In this document: piece after piece, positions 28,687-38,920 of the stretch | Layout of the letters: every line of letters begins with the position of its first letter | Position numbering within the stretch: position 1 is the first letter of the stretch | NCBI GenBank assembly: GCA_050949565.1 | Contig: JBMNFY010000017.1 | Location: 1,760,001 to 1,824,000, forward strand | Direction of reading: 5' to 3' | Length of the DNA stretch: 64,000 nt | Source of the DNA: Kiritimatiellia bacterium | GTDB lineage: Bacteria > Verrucomicrobiota > Kiritimatiellia > RFP12 > UBA1067 | The notes under the pieces: model-generated | Seen by the model: the letters and a program-made list of their open reading frames with translations, nothing else | What the model was told of the DNA's origin: nothing | Databases searched by the model: none | Program-made: the position numbers and the translations under genes

Positions 28687-31242
28687 CTACTCCCGGTAGG
28701 GCTTCATCTGCACGAAGTTCAGCATCAGCGTTTCGCCGGGAGTGGCCGACGCATCGTGGAAAACGAGCGTGAGTGTCGGTGCCGTGGCCCGGAACACGAT
28801 GCGGTGCAGGTTGACCTTGGCCACGTTGTCATTGTGCGCGTATCGCCCGCCTTTGCGCCGGTCGATATGCACGAAGCTGCGTGCCGCATCGCGCTCGACG
28901 CCCGGCATCTCCACCTCAATCCCGTAGCGGCGCGGATTGAAGTGCTTCTTCACGACGTCGGTGTGGTCGGCGGTGACAAACTGTAGGCAATAGAGCTTGC
29001 CCGGCGTCAGGCCGCGTGCCGTCTGGCTGACGCGGTTGGTGCCGTTCGGCTGGCGCGTCAACAGACAGAAGGTGTCGCCCGCCTTGCCCGCTCCCCAACG
29101 CCCTTGGCTGTTCTTGCCGTAACCTGCCAGTGTCTCGGCGCGCACCGCCCCTTCGGCGGCGGGTGCCACCTCCCAGCCGGTCAGCCCGTCGGTGAAATCG
29201 CCATTCACCACCAGTTCTGGTCGATAGCGGAAACCGTAGCGCTCCGACAGCCGGTCGCGACGCCCCTCGACCGCGTAGTGGCGCATCAATTCAAACGACC
29301 AGCGCGCCATCTCTTCGTCGCCGTAATAGGTGCCCCAGTAACCGATCGTCGCCAAGCCCTCGAATACCGGATCGTTTGCCACCAGATTGACCTGCATGTC
29401 GAGAAAAACCTTGAAGTCCACGGCGGGGTTGTGTTCCAGCGACAACACGGGAAGCTGGTTGAAGTTCCCGAAGATGATCCCGCTGCCTGCGGCGGCTCCC
29501 GGCAGATAGACGTTGAAGCGACGCATGGTTTCGGCAATCATGTTGTCGAGGTACGCAGCGGCGGCGCGCTCGTCTTCCTGCGGGTGGCAGTACGCCTCAT
29601 ACAACAACCGGCCGCGACTGTGCGAGGCGTTCAGACAGGCCGACATGAAATCGGTGTGCAGCGAGGAGGTGCCGGGCTTGCCGACGATCCACGTATAAAC
29701 CCGGCGGTTTTCTGGGTTGGGCAAGCTCCAGAGTGCCTGAGTGTAGTGGTCGATCGTGATGCGTCCGAAGAAGAGTTCGTCGCTGGTGATACCGTCGTAA
29801 CGCGGCTGCGTCATGCCGGCATGCGCCGCCATCCGTTCCCGCAGGGCGACCGGATCATCCACCGGCGCGACATTGAAATTGGCCAGCCAGAGCAGGCCGC
29901 GCGCCTTAGCCTCGGACAGCGCCTCGCCCGGCAGGTTGCCGCCGTTGAGCGTCGTCACAGCATGCAGCACATGGCGTTTCATGAAGGCCCAGTCGTAAGC
30001 GCCGTTTTCCGGCACCACCGGATTTACACACGGCGGATAGTTGAAAATCTCCGGAATCGCATTCACGCGCAGCCGCATGCCGGGGCGCGCGCCGTTGACG
30101 GTGAGTTGATGCGCACCGCGCGTGACCAGGCGGAACGCCTCGCGACAACCTTGGTGCGACCACAACGGCAACGCAGCGCCGTCGAGCGTCGCCGTCACCT
30201 CGGCGGCCGGCTGCTCCGCACTGCCCGAGACCGACACGAAAATCCAGCCGTCGCGCGGCCGCACGAAGGTAAAGTGCTGCGGCGCGGCTTCCGGCGCGAG
30301 CGGGCGCTCCAGCAGCTCCGCAACCAGCGTGTTGAGCGGTTTGATTCCGCTGAGATCGAGCTCCGGCTGATCCACCACGCTGATCGGGAAAACGCGCTCC
30401 ATAACGGTCTCGCCGCCCTGCTTGCGGCGCAACAAAGCCCGCAACTGGTAATCCCCGCACGCCAGCCCCGTCAGCGGCACGCTCAACCGTTTGGCCGTGG
30501 CCGCCAGCCGTTGGACGGGAATCGGACGCCCCTTGATCTCCATCTCCCATTCGTATGCCTCGGTTGATTCAGGCAGCACACCGTAAAAGGTTAGGGTCAA
30601 CTCCGGCCGTTGGAGCGGGATCTGATTCAGCAGCGGCTCGATCGGCACCAAGCGCGGCTCATTGACCCACGCCATCTGCGATTTGGAACCTGCGCGCGCC
30701 TCCGCGCTGAGCGCTTCCAGCCGCACGTCCGCTATTGCCAACTCGCCGGTTGGACTCTGCGCGAAGCAGGCCACGCCGTACTCGTTATTTTCCGACGGAA
30801 ACAGCGTGAACTCGACTTGGTGCCGCGTCCACTCCGAATCGGCGGGCAGGGCCTTGATCCCGTTATCGCGGAACCAGCCTCTGTTATGGATGACCAAGCC
30901 CGCGTGCCGGCTTTTGAAGCCCTTGGTGCGGATGTTGGCGCTGAGCCGGTAGGTCCCTCCGGGCACCAGTTGTAGACCCTGCTGGCGCACACTCAGCGAA
31001 TCACTGCCTTCCGTTCCGGCATCGAGCACCACGGCGGCCATTTTCCCTTCGGGGCCACCAGTCCGCAGAAAACGCACCTGCTTCATGTTGCTCGGTGTCC
31101 AGAACTCAGGAAACTCGACCTGCTCGGCCTCGAACGTCCCGTTGATCAGCAGGTTTTCGCCTTCGGCTACGGCCGCATGCGCACGACCGGAATAGACGGC
31201 CGCCGCGACCACGGCAAGCATCAACATGTTGCGTGTTCTCAT
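28687..31242 (-). CDS. Secreted hypothetical protein with two carbohydrate-binding-like (NLLINGTFE-type) domains flanking a possible catalytic core
   Basis: Signal peptide ending AHA; ENLLINGTFE and ELVVNGDFTDGLTGW domain starts; 851-aa ORF. Confidence 0.6.
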   Translation of the reverse strand: MRTRNMLMLAVVAAAVYSGRAHAAVAEGENLLINGTFEAEQVEFPEFWTPSNMKQVRFLRTGGPEGKMAAVVLDAGTEGSDSLSVRQQGLQLVPGGTYRLSANIRTKGFKSRHAGLVIHNRGWFRDNGIKALPADSEWTRHQVEFTLFPSENNEYGVACFAQSPTGELAIADVRLEALSAEARAGSKSQMAWVNEPRLVPIEPLLNQIPLQRPELTLTFYGVLPESTEAYEWEMEIKGRPIPVQRLAATAKRLSVPLTGLACGDYQLRALLRRKQGGETVMERVFPISVVDQPELDLSGIKPLNTLVAELLERPLAPEAAPQHFTFVRPRDGWIFVSVSGSAEQPAAEVTATLDGAALPLWSHQGCREAFRLVTRGAHQLTVNGARPGMRLRVNAIPEIFNYPPCVNPVVPENGAYDWAFMKRHVLHAVTTLNGGNLPGEALSEAKARGLLWLANFNVAPVDDPVALRERMAAHAGMTQPRYDGITSDELFFGRITIDHYTQALWSLPNPENRRVYTWIVGKPGTSSLHTDFMSACLNASHSRGRLLYEAYCHPQEDERAAAAYLDNMIAETMRRFNVYLPGAAAGSGIIFGNFNQLPVLSLEHNPAVDFKVFLDMQVNLVANDPVFEGLATIGYWGTYYGDEEMARWSFELMRHYAVEGRRDRLSERYGFRYRPELVVNGDFTDGLTGWEVAPAAEGAVRAETLAGYGKNSQGRWGAGKAGDTFCLLTRQPNGTNRVSQTARGLTPGKLYCLQFVTADHTDVVKKHFNPRRYGIEVEMPGVERDAARSFVHIDRRKGGRYAHNDNVAKVNLHRIVFRATAPTLTLVFHDASATPGETLMLNFVQMKPYRE

Positions 31243-31268
31243 GGATACTCCAGTGGGTTAGTATAGGT

Positions 31269-32225
31269 TTACGCGCGGATCTTCAAAAAGATCACCAGCG
31301 CGGTCAACAGATAGCCAACGATCGTCGCGATCAAGACGCGATCGGTCAGCAAAACCTTTTCTGGACTTCCGCCTTCATTCTTGCGGTAGACCAGTTCCAG
31401 ATAGCGGAACAGGCCGAAAACAACGAACGGGATCGTCAAGCCGAGGCGGTCGGTACCGAAGCGGCGGACCGTCTCCTCGGAGAGCGTGTACATCGCATAG
31501 CAAACCAGCGTGGCGGCGGCGGTGATGCCGATCTGCAAATCGAGCAGATGACGGTCGTAGCCTGCCAAGGCCTCACGGTGTTGCGTTCCTTCGTCCTCCA
31601 GCAACACCTTCTCGTGGCGTCGCTTGCAGAGCGCAAGGAAGAGGGCCAGCAGGAAGGTGCAGAGTAGTAGCCATGGCGAAATACGTACCTCCAGCACGCT
31701 CGCTCCGGCGATTGCCCGCAACACAAAACCGAGTGCGATCACAAACACGTCAACATACGGGATACGCTTCAGTGCGAAGGTATAGACGATCTGCATCAAG
31801 AGGTAGCTGCCCAATACTGCACTGAACGCGCCCGGCAAGGCCAGTGCCCCGGCCATACCCGCCGCCAGCAGCAGCGCGGCGACCACCCCGGCGGGAAGCG
31901 CTTGAATCTCGCCTGCCGCCAACGGGCGTAACCGTTTTACCGGATGCATGCGGTCCGCCTCGCGGTCGCGCAAATCATTGACCAGATAGATGCCGCTGGA
32001 GACCGCGCAAAAACAGGCCACCGCCGCCGCCTCGAGCAACAGCGGCCGCACACCCTGTACGTGCGTACTTTGGCTGGGATCCCACCTGGCGAAGAAATAA
32101 GCCGCCGGCACGATCCCGTTCTTCATCCACTGCGCGGGACGGAGCGCACGCAACCACGGCCATTTCGATCGGGTTTTCAATCGCGGGGTTTCCTCGGAGA
32201 GCGCCGGAACCCGCAGCGTGCCCAC
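31269..32225 (-). CDS. UbiA-family prenyltransferase (decaprenyl-phosphate phosphoribosyltransferase-like); true start may be downstream
   Basis: LRPAQWMKN, YLVNDLRDREADRMHPVKRLRPLAAG, KRRHE, FGLFRYL. Confidence 0.85.
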   Translation of the reverse strand: MGTLRVPALSEETPRLKTRSKWPWLRALRPAQWMKNGIVPAAYFFARWDPSQSTHVQGVRPLLLEAAAVACFCAVSSGIYLVNDLRDREADRMHPVKRLRPLAAGEIQALPAGVVAALLLAAGMAGALALPGAFSAVLGSYLLMQIVYTFALKRIPYVDVFVIALGFVLRAIAGASVLEVRISPWLLLCTFLLALFLALCKRRHEKVLLEDEGTQHREALAGYDRHLLDLQIGITAAATLVCYAMYTLSEETVRRFGTDRLGLTIPFVVFGLFRYLELVYRKNEGGSPEKVLLTDRVLIATIVGYLLTALVIFLKIRA

Positions 32226-32917
32226 AGCCGCAGCACCATCAGCATGGCCTCAGTCGCGATGTTGGCCCGCATCTTAGAGTATCCCGCGCGTCGGTCTTCG
32301 AACACGATCGGGATTTCCTGCACCTTGAAGCCCTTCATCCATGCGGAGTGCGTCATCTCGATCTGGAAAGAGTAGCCGTTAGAGGTGATTCTGTCCAAGT
32401 CGATCGCCTCCAGCACCGCGCGCCGGAAACATTTAAAGCCGCCGGTCGGGTCGGTGATCGGCATGCCGGTCACAATCCTTACGTAGTGCCCCGCGCCGGT
32501 CGAGAGCAACAGCCGGTGCATCGGCCAGTTCATGATGCGGATGCCGCCGATGTAGCGCGAGCCGAGCACGAGGTCGGCACCGTCGCGCGCGGTCTGGAGC
32601 AGGCGCGGCAACACCACCGGATCATGCGAGAAGTCACAATCCATCTCGCAGATCAGGCCATAGTCCCGTTCCAGCGCCCACTTAAAGCCCGCGATATAGG
32701 CGCGGCCGAGGCCCTCCTTGCCTGCTCGGTGCAGCACGAAAACTCGCGGCTCGCGCGCCGCGATCTCATCCAGCAGCGCACCTGTGCCATCGGGCGAGTT
32801 ATCATCCACAAACAAGATATTAGCCTCAGGCACCTGCTTCAACACAGCCTCGGCCATCGGTTCCACGTTTTCCCGTTCGTCGTAGGTAGGAATGATAATT
32901 AATGCTTTGTCGTTCAT
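32177..32917 (-). CDS. Polyprenol monophosphomannose synthase (GT2, DPM1-like)
   Basis: IIPTYDE, VDDNSPDGT, GLGRAY, EMDCDFSHDP, GYSFQIE. Confidence 0.9.
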   Translation of the reverse strand: MNDKALIIIPTYDERENVEPMAEAVLKQVPEANILFVDDNSPDGTGALLDEIAAREPRVFVLHRAGKEGLGRAYIAGFKWALERDYGLICEMDCDFSHDPVVLPRLLQTARDGADLVLGSRYIGGIRIMNWPMHRLLLSTGAGHYVRIVTGMPITDPTGGFKCFRRAVLEAIDLDRITSNGYSFQIEMTHSAWMKGFKVQEIPIVFEDRRAGYSKMRANIATEAMLMVLRLWARCGFRRSPRKPRD

Positions 32918-33026
32918 TTGACCGCAGTATACCTATTTCAGCTGACGTCCGCCACACCATTTTGCAGATTTTATGTTTGAGTGATATCCCCGGCTGTGGT
33001 TGAATACGGGATAGGGAAAGAGAACT

Positions 33027-34271
33027 ATGAAGAATTTTCGATGGAACGTGTTGGTTGCCTGTCTGACCGCAGCAGTGGCGACGATACAGAATGCGCGCGC
33101 TACGACGGAAGCTGAAGGCTTGGCCGCGATCCGTGCGCAAGCAACACAAGGGGTGATTGCGGTTCAGCCCTGGGCGCAACTCATGGGGGCGGGGCGCTTG
33201 GGTGTGGGGTGGATGACATCACAACCGGCTGATGGCGTCGTCGAGTGGACGCAAACTTTCGAGACCGGCCAACCGGTCGTCTGGCAAGAAGCCTGGTTTT
33301 CCGAAGACGGTCTGCGGCAGGCCAACGGCACTGCACAGCGCGCGGTCATCGAAGGTTACGATCCGACGCGCCCGATCCGCTTTCGCGCTCGCTCACGTGC
33401 GATTTCCTCGTTCAAGCCATACAAGGTGATCTTCGATGAGCCCGTGCGTTCACAGGAGCGTTTTCTGCCGGCGATGGCCCGCCCGAACGGTGCGGTGTCG
33501 TTTATCGTCTTCAATGACATTCACAATCGCACGTCACTCTATCAGCCGTTGCTGAACCAAGCTGGCGCACCGATCGATTTCGCTATTCTGAACGGCGACG
33601 TGCTGCAGGACCCGCAGAGCGAGGCGGAGATCGTCCAACATCTTTTGCAACCGATGGCTTGGTTCACGGCGCGCGGGATTCCCTGTTTTTTCCTGCGCGG
33701 CAACCACGAGACGCGGGGGGCTGCGGCACGCATGCTGAAGAGCTATCTGACTCTGCCGGACAACCGCTACTACACGGCCATGACCTTCGGTGCCGCACGT
33801 GTGGTGCTGCTCGATTGCGGCGAGGACAAACCTGATGCCAACGTGGAGTACAGCGGACTGGTGGACTTCGACCGCTACATGGAGGAGCAGATCGACTGGT
33901 TTGCGCGCGAGATCGAGACGCCGGCCTTCCGTAAGGCAGCGTGGCGGCTCGTGGTTGTACACATCCCGCCGGACTGGCGCGTGCCGCAAGAGAAGCTCTG
34001 GCACGGGGCGCGACGCATGCGCGAGCGTTTCGCGCCGCTGTTTGACAAAGGCCGCGTCGATGCCGTTATCAGTGGACACAACCACAGACCTGAACTGGTC
34101 GAGCCTTGCCCGGATACCGCGCGCGGTTTCCGCTGGCCGGTCTTCATCGGCGGTGCCCATCCGCTGGAGAAGGCGACCGTCATCCGCGTTGATGCCGATG
34201 CACGTAGTTTGGCGATCCGTTGTATCCGCTCTGATGGCACGATTCACGCTGAGCGGCAGTGGTCGCGTTGA
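33027..34271 (+). CDS. Secreted calcineurin-like metallophosphoesterase
   Basis: Signal peptide; NDIH, NGD, RGNHE and SGHNH motifs. Confidence 0.85.
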   Translation: MKNFRWNVLVACLTAAVATIQNARATTEAEGLAAIRAQATQGVIAVQPWAQLMGAGRLGVGWMTSQPADGVVEWTQTFETGQPVVWQEAWFSEDGLRQANGTAQRAVIEGYDPTRPIRFRARSRAISSFKPYKVIFDEPVRSQERFLPAMARPNGAVSFIVFNDIHNRTSLYQPLLNQAGAPIDFAILNGDVLQDPQSEAEIVQHLLQPMAWFTARGIPCFFLRGNHETRGAAARMLKSYLTLPDNRYYTAMTFGAARVVLLDCGEDKPDANVEYSGLVDFDRYMEEQIDWFAREIETPAFRKAAWRLVVVHIPPDWRVPQEKLWHGARRMRERFAPLFDKGRVDAVISGHNHRPELVEPCPDTARGFRWPVFIGGAHPLEKATVIRVDADARSLAIRCIRSDGTIHAERQWSR

Positions 34272-34330
34272 ACATGAAGTTAACGGGTAGGATTTAGTCG
34301 AAAACAGGAATCATGAAGGAGAAACACCGA

Positions 34331-35842
34331 ATGAAGAAACATGCAGTTGTCATGGGATGGGGCGTGCTGGCGGCGACGTTGACGTTGGCGCAAGATCAAA
34401 ACCCGGCGATGAGTGATGCCTACTGGAAGATCTGGAACCCAGAGGCTCAACGCGAGATCGACCGCCGCATCGACCAGCATCGCAAGGCGGATGCAACCCT
34501 CACGCTACCCGGCGTGCCGGCCGGTGCAGAGGTCAAGGTCGAGCAGATATCGCACGCGTTTATCTTCGGTGCGCATATCTTCAACTTTGACCAACTCGGT
34601 TCGGACGAATGCAACCGCAAATACAAAGAGCTATACGGCACGCTGTTCAACTCGGCGACGCTCGCATTCTACTGGAAAAAATTTGAGCTAGAGCCCGGTA
34701 AACCCCGTTTCCAAGCGGAGGAGCGCGACTCTGCGGCCTATTGGAGCGCCAGCAAAGATCCGAAGAATGAGACCCACTGGCGTCGTCCGGCGGCCGAGCC
34801 CGTGATCGCATTCTGCGAGAGCAAAGGCATCCGTATGCACGGCCACCCGATCATCTGGGGCAACCGCAGATGGCACCACCCGGAGTGGCTGTTCGAAAAA
34901 TTCTGCCCGGCTGACGAAAAGGAGAAAATCCAGAAGCTCGGAAAAGAAGGACTGGCCAAGCTGACCCCCGCGCAGATCGCCGAGCAGATCCCGGTCTACA
35001 CGCGTGAGATGAAGCGCCTGTTCGAAAAGCGTGCGGCAGAACTAGCGCAGCGCTATCAGGGCCGCATCCACAGTTGGGACGTGGTCAATGAAAGCGCGAC
35101 CGATTTCAGCCGGGGCCTGATGGTGCCGGGCGATGCGATCTGCAAAAGCCATTACGGGTTGATGCCGGGGGATTACACATGGCAGGCGTTCCAGACCGTC
35201 GGCGCGATCTTCCCGAAAAACGTGATGCTCAACATCAACGACTATCTGAACAACGAGGCCTACACGCGCCAAGTCAACGATCTGCGCGCGCGCGGCTGTC
35301 GGATCGACATCATGGGTACGCAGATGCACCTGTTCAATCCAGAGGCCTGTCTGAAACTGGCCGACGGCCAGCCCATCGGCATGCCGATCAACACACCGCA
35401 ACAGATCTGGGACACGATGGGTACGCTGGCCAAGGCCGGTCTGCCGCTGCACTTGAGTGAGATCACCATCACCTCGCCCAATAACGACGCGCGCGGCATG
35501 CAGATCCAAGCGGTGCTTACGCGCAACCTTTACCGCACCTGGTTCAGCGTGGAACCGATGATGGGGATTACTTGGTGGAACGTGGTGGATGATTGCGGCG
35601 CACCGGGCGAGCCCTCGGTTTCCGGCCTGTTCACGCGCAACATGGAGCCCAAGCCGGCCTTCCACGCGCTGAACAAGCTGATCAACGACGAATGGAAGAC
35701 GCGCCTGACGCTCAAGGCCGACGCGAATGGCAAGGTCGCCTTCCGCGGCTTCAAAGGCACCTATCGCGTGAGTTGGAAAGATGCCGCCGGCGCCGCAAAG
35801 CAAGCCGAATTCAAGCTCACAAAAGACGGCGACGGCCTCTGA
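34331..35842 (+). CDS. Glycoside hydrolase family 10 (endo-xylanase-like), secreted
   Basis: HGHPIIW, WDVVNE (acid/base), INDY, QMH, LHLSEITI (nucleophile). Confidence 0.8.
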   Translation: MKKHAVVMGWGVLAATLTLAQDQNPAMSDAYWKIWNPEAQREIDRRIDQHRKADATLTLPGVPAGAEVKVEQISHAFIFGAHIFNFDQLGSDECNRKYKELYGTLFNSATLAFYWKKFELEPGKPRFQAEERDSAAYWSASKDPKNETHWRRPAAEPVIAFCESKGIRMHGHPIIWGNRRWHHPEWLFEKFCPADEKEKIQKLGKEGLAKLTPAQIAEQIPVYTREMKRLFEKRAAELAQRYQGRIHSWDVVNESATDFSRGLMVPGDAICKSHYGLMPGDYTWQAFQTVGAIFPKNVMLNINDYLNNEAYTRQVNDLRARGCRIDIMGTQMHLFNPEACLKLADGQPIGMPINTPQQIWDTMGTLAKAGLPLHLSEITITSPNNDARGMQIQAVLTRNLYRTWFSVEPMMGITWWNVVDDCGAPGEPSVSGLFTRNMEPKPAFHALNKLINDEWKTRLTLKADANGKVAFRGFKGTYRVSWKDAAGAAKQAEFKLTKDGDGL

Positions 35843-35856
35843 GTGGAGTTGACAGG

Positions 35857-35914
35857 TAGGATTTAGGAGTTAAGAATTAGGAAAACTCCTAAATCCTAAA
35901 TCCCAAATCCTAAA
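35857..35914. repeat. Inverted heptamer/octamer arrays between convergent genes
   Basis: TAGGATTTAGGAGTT facing AACTCCTAAATCCTA. Confidence 0.75.
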
Positions 35915-36662
35915 TGCTTTCCGCGCGTAGCGCGGAAGCGGAATCGCTGTCCAGATAGAGCGCGCATCCCTGGTGGCGTTGCAGGATCGAGGCCGGACAG
36001 AGCGGCGTGATTGGCCCTTCCACGGCCCCTTTGACGGCTGCGGCCTTGCGCGCATCCGGCACGGTGCAGACGATGCGGTGGCTCTTCATGATCTGCGGGA
36101 TGGACATCGAGATCGCCTGTGTGGGCACCTCATCCAGCGTCGCGAACCAGCCCTCGCCCACCTGTTGGCGGCGGCAGGCTTCGTCCAGTGTTACAACCAG
36201 ATACGCCGCATCGGTCTCGAAATCGGCCGGCGGGTCATTGAAGGCCAGATGGCCGTTCTCGCCGATTCCTATGCACGCGACATCAATCGGCGCGGCGTCG
36301 ACCAACTGTCTCAGTCGCTCGCACTCCGCCTCAAGATCCGCCGCCTCGCCATCGACCTCGACAAAGGCACGCAACGGGGTCGGTAGCGCGCCGACAAGGC
36401 GCTCACGCAGATAAGCGCGGAAACTGGCGCGATGCGTAACCGGCAGTCCCGCGTACTCATCCAAATGAAACGCCGTGACCTGCGACCAATCGATATCAGG
36501 CGTCTGCGTCAATGCTTGCAGGAAGCCGAATTGACTGGCACCGGTTGCCACGATTAAGCGCGCCTCACCGCGCTCGGCCAGTGCCTGTCTGAGCACTGCC
36601 GCCGCATCGGCGGCGGCAGCGCGTGCCATCTCTTCAGAACTCTTTAAAACATGAACTCTCAT
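35910..36662 (-). CDS. nagB: Glucosamine-6-phosphate deaminase family protein
   Basis: [35 protein letters not shown]. Confidence 0.8.
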   Translation of the reverse strand: MRVHVLKSSEEMARAAAADAAAVLRQALAERGEARLIVATGASQFGFLQALTQTPDIDWSQVTAFHLDEYAGLPVTHRASFRAYLRERLVGALPTPLRAFVEVDGEAADLEAECERLRQLVDAAPIDVACIGIGENGHLAFNDPPADFETDAAYLVVTLDEACRRQQVGEGWFATLDEVPTQAISMSIPQIMKSHRIVCTVPDARKAAAVKGAVEGPITPLCPASILQRHQGCALYLDSDSASALRAESI

Positions 36663-37157
36663 TCAATCGTCCTTGCGACCACCCAAGGTCTTGTCGGCCA
36701 TGAAGAGAGCACCCTTTGATCCAGCACTCATCTCAAGCATCCAGATCACATCCGACGCGCTAGCCTCTTCCTCCACCTGCTCGTCGATGAACCAGCGCAG
36801 CATGCTTTGTGTGGCATAGTCCTTCTCGGCGATTGCGAGGGCATTGATCTCATTGATCCAAGCGGTGACCTGCTTCTCGTGGTCGAGCACCTCCTTGAAA
36901 ATCGCCAGCAGGTCTTTCCATTCGGTCTTCGGCATATCCATCGCGGCCAACTTGACCTTGGCACCCCGGTCCTGCAGGTATGCAGAGAACTTCATCGCAT
37001 GCTCCTGCTCCTCCTCGAACTGCAAGGTGAGCCAGTGTGCCGCACCCTTAAATCCTTTGTCCATCGCGTCATTCGCCATGGCGAGATAGAGGAAGGCTGA
37101 GTAAAATTCACGGTTGATCTGGTCGTTGATTGCCTGGGTCATTTTTTCACTGATCAT
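36663..37157 (-). CDS. ftnA: Non-heme ferritin
   Basis: QINREFYSAFLYLAM, EEQEHAMK, HEKQVT, WFIDEQVEEE ferroxidase residues. Confidence 0.92.
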   Translation of the reverse strand: MISEKMTQAINDQINREFYSAFLYLAMANDAMDKGFKGAAHWLTLQFEEEQEHAMKFSAYLQDRGAKVKLAAMDMPKTEWKDLLAIFKEVLDHEKQVTAWINEINALAIAEKDYATQSMLRWFIDEQVEEEASASDVIWMLEMSAGSKGALFMADKTLGGRKDD

Positions 37158-37302
37158 GGTCGTTTCTCCTTTTCACAATTTTCTCGGGCACTCCCCGCAG
37201 AAGTCCCACGAGTACTTCCGAGTACTTCCAAGGTACCAAGTTCCTGATGGGCTGTCACTCCGCAATTGTTTTCTCTCACAGAGGGGGCGCGCTGTGCGCG
37301 AA

Positions 37303-37652
37303 GTAGGATTTAGGATTTAGGAGTTGCACTGCTCGGTTTTTTAATCCACAGATGGCACAACAGATTACACAGATTTTTTTGGGGGAGGGCTGCGGTCCTG
37401 CCACAGCGCCAGATGCCAGGCATTCATCAGGCGGCGTGTCACTCCGCCCACGGGCAAGATGCCCGTGCCACACCTGCGGGATCGGCAGCGCGGCTCGTGG
37501 GGACACTCGCCCTCCAGGCTTCGCGCCTTCGCGTGAAACAACCGAGCAGCGCTTTTACTCTCACGGTTGCGAGCCACTGCGTGGTCGCAACAAAGAGGTT
37601 GACTCGCGACCAGCGCCCAAATCCCAAATCTAAAATCACAAATCTAAAATTC
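37303..37652. repeat. Intergenic mosaic repeat
   Basis: TTAGGA array, CACAGAT repeats (as ~26163), CACGGGCAAGATGCCCGTG palindrome (reverse complement at ~51008), 39-mer core, 80-bp element (as 17427), AAATC arrays. Confidence 0.8.
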
Positions 37653-37687
37653 TCCCCCCCCCCCGCGCTCCGCGCAACACTCATGAA

Positions 37688-38177
37688 CTACAGGTACTCT
37701 TCCGGCGTTTCGGCGACGAGGCCGTAGAGCGCATGCTGGTCGGCCAGCGTTGGGTTCGCGCCGCCCGGCGCGGGTGAAAGAAAATCGGCGAGAATGGCGC
37801 GCAACTGCGCGGCGTCGTGCGTTTCACACTCCCACACCACCAGCACGCGCCAACCGGCCTGCCAGAGCTGACGCAACACGGCGCGGTCGCGCGCGGCGTT
37901 GCGCGCGAACTTCTTTTTCCAGAAACTGCGTGCGCGTGGAAGGCATACGGCGTGCTGCGGCGCAACCGTGCGCATGCCAGAAACAGCCGTGCACCAGAAT
38001 GATCTTGCGATGGCGCGGCAGCACGATGTCTGGACGCCCCGGCAAGTGCTTGACATGCAGCCGGTAGCGGAAGCCCATCGCATGCACCATCCGGCGCACC
38101 CGCCACTCTGGGGCGGTGTCTTTGCTACGGATGCGCGACATGCAGCGGCGACGCTGCTCTGGCGTCATCGTGTCCAT
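37688..38177 (-). CDS. vsr: Very short patch repair endonuclease Vsr, one frameshift near 37923
   Basis: MSRIRSKDTAPE, LPGRPDIV, VHGCFWHAH in one frame; FWKKKF..RD..GWRVLVVWECE in the next. Confidence 0.85.
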
Positions 38178-38180
38178 AAC

Positions 38181-38723
38181 CTAAACCAGAATCAACCCGA
38201 CATAAGAAACGGTGCCGGGACCATTGTTGTAACGGAGCCCCGCTGCCTCCAACAGCGCGGCCACATCGATGCAGTACGCCTCCAGCGACGCGATCGCCTG
38301 GTCGGGCATGCGGCAAGGCTCGCCGCGCGTGTAGGCGCAGGTTTCGCACAGTTCGCAGGCACCCGCGCTTAAGGCCAGCATCGGTGTCTGCTGTGCGGCC
38401 ATATGTGCTACTACGCGACGGAACAGGTCGTTGTGGCGCGCGGCACTATCCATCATGCTCTCAAAATCAAAACTGTCCACTAGCGGCCAGACGGTTTGGA
38501 TCACCAGTCCGCGCGTGAAGCGGCGCACCCGGTCGGCCAGTTCTTCCGGCGTGCCGACACCGGGCGGACAGGCCCAGTTGGTGCCGTATTTGCCGCACTG
38601 ATTGGCGACGCATGCCGCACGGAACGCAGGATTGAAGACGATGGCCTCGACTGCGATTTCACCGAAGTGCGTCACGCCGAGCTCAATCAACATCTCTCTT
38701 AAAGCTTGTGTCATCACTCTCAT
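38181..38723 (-). CDS. DUF2284-like Cys-rich metal-binding protein
   Basis: C..N.CGKYGTNWACPP, AGACELCETC, SLEAYCIDV. Confidence 0.75.
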   Translation of the reverse strand: MRVMTQALREMLIELGVTHFGEIAVEAIVFNPAFRAACVANQCGKYGTNWACPPGVGTPEELADRVRRFTRGLVIQTVWPLVDSFDFESMMDSAARHNDLFRRVVAHMAAQQTPMLALSAGACELCETCAYTRGEPCRMPDQAIASLEAYCIDVAALLEAAGLRYNNGPGTVSYVGLILV

Positions 38724-38744
38724 GCGGGCGAAGCCCGCAATAGG

Positions 38745-38910
38745 CAGTAAGGCAGTGAGGTTGTAAGGTTGATCAGACGGATCAAAACAATGCCCTAAAA
38801 AACCTCCGCGCCTCCGTGCACCGCGCGGCAGCGTGGCACCCCTTACAGTCTTAACACCTGAACAACTCCTAACTCCTAACTCCTAAATCCTAAATCCTAA
38901 CTCCTAAATG
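38745..38910. repeat. Intergenic mosaic repeat
   Basis: AGGCAGT(A/G) repeats, GGCACCCCTTACAGTCTTAACACCT (near-identical at ~18839), (AACTCCT)n. Confidence 0.7.
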
Positions 38911-38920
38911 CGCTACCGCG

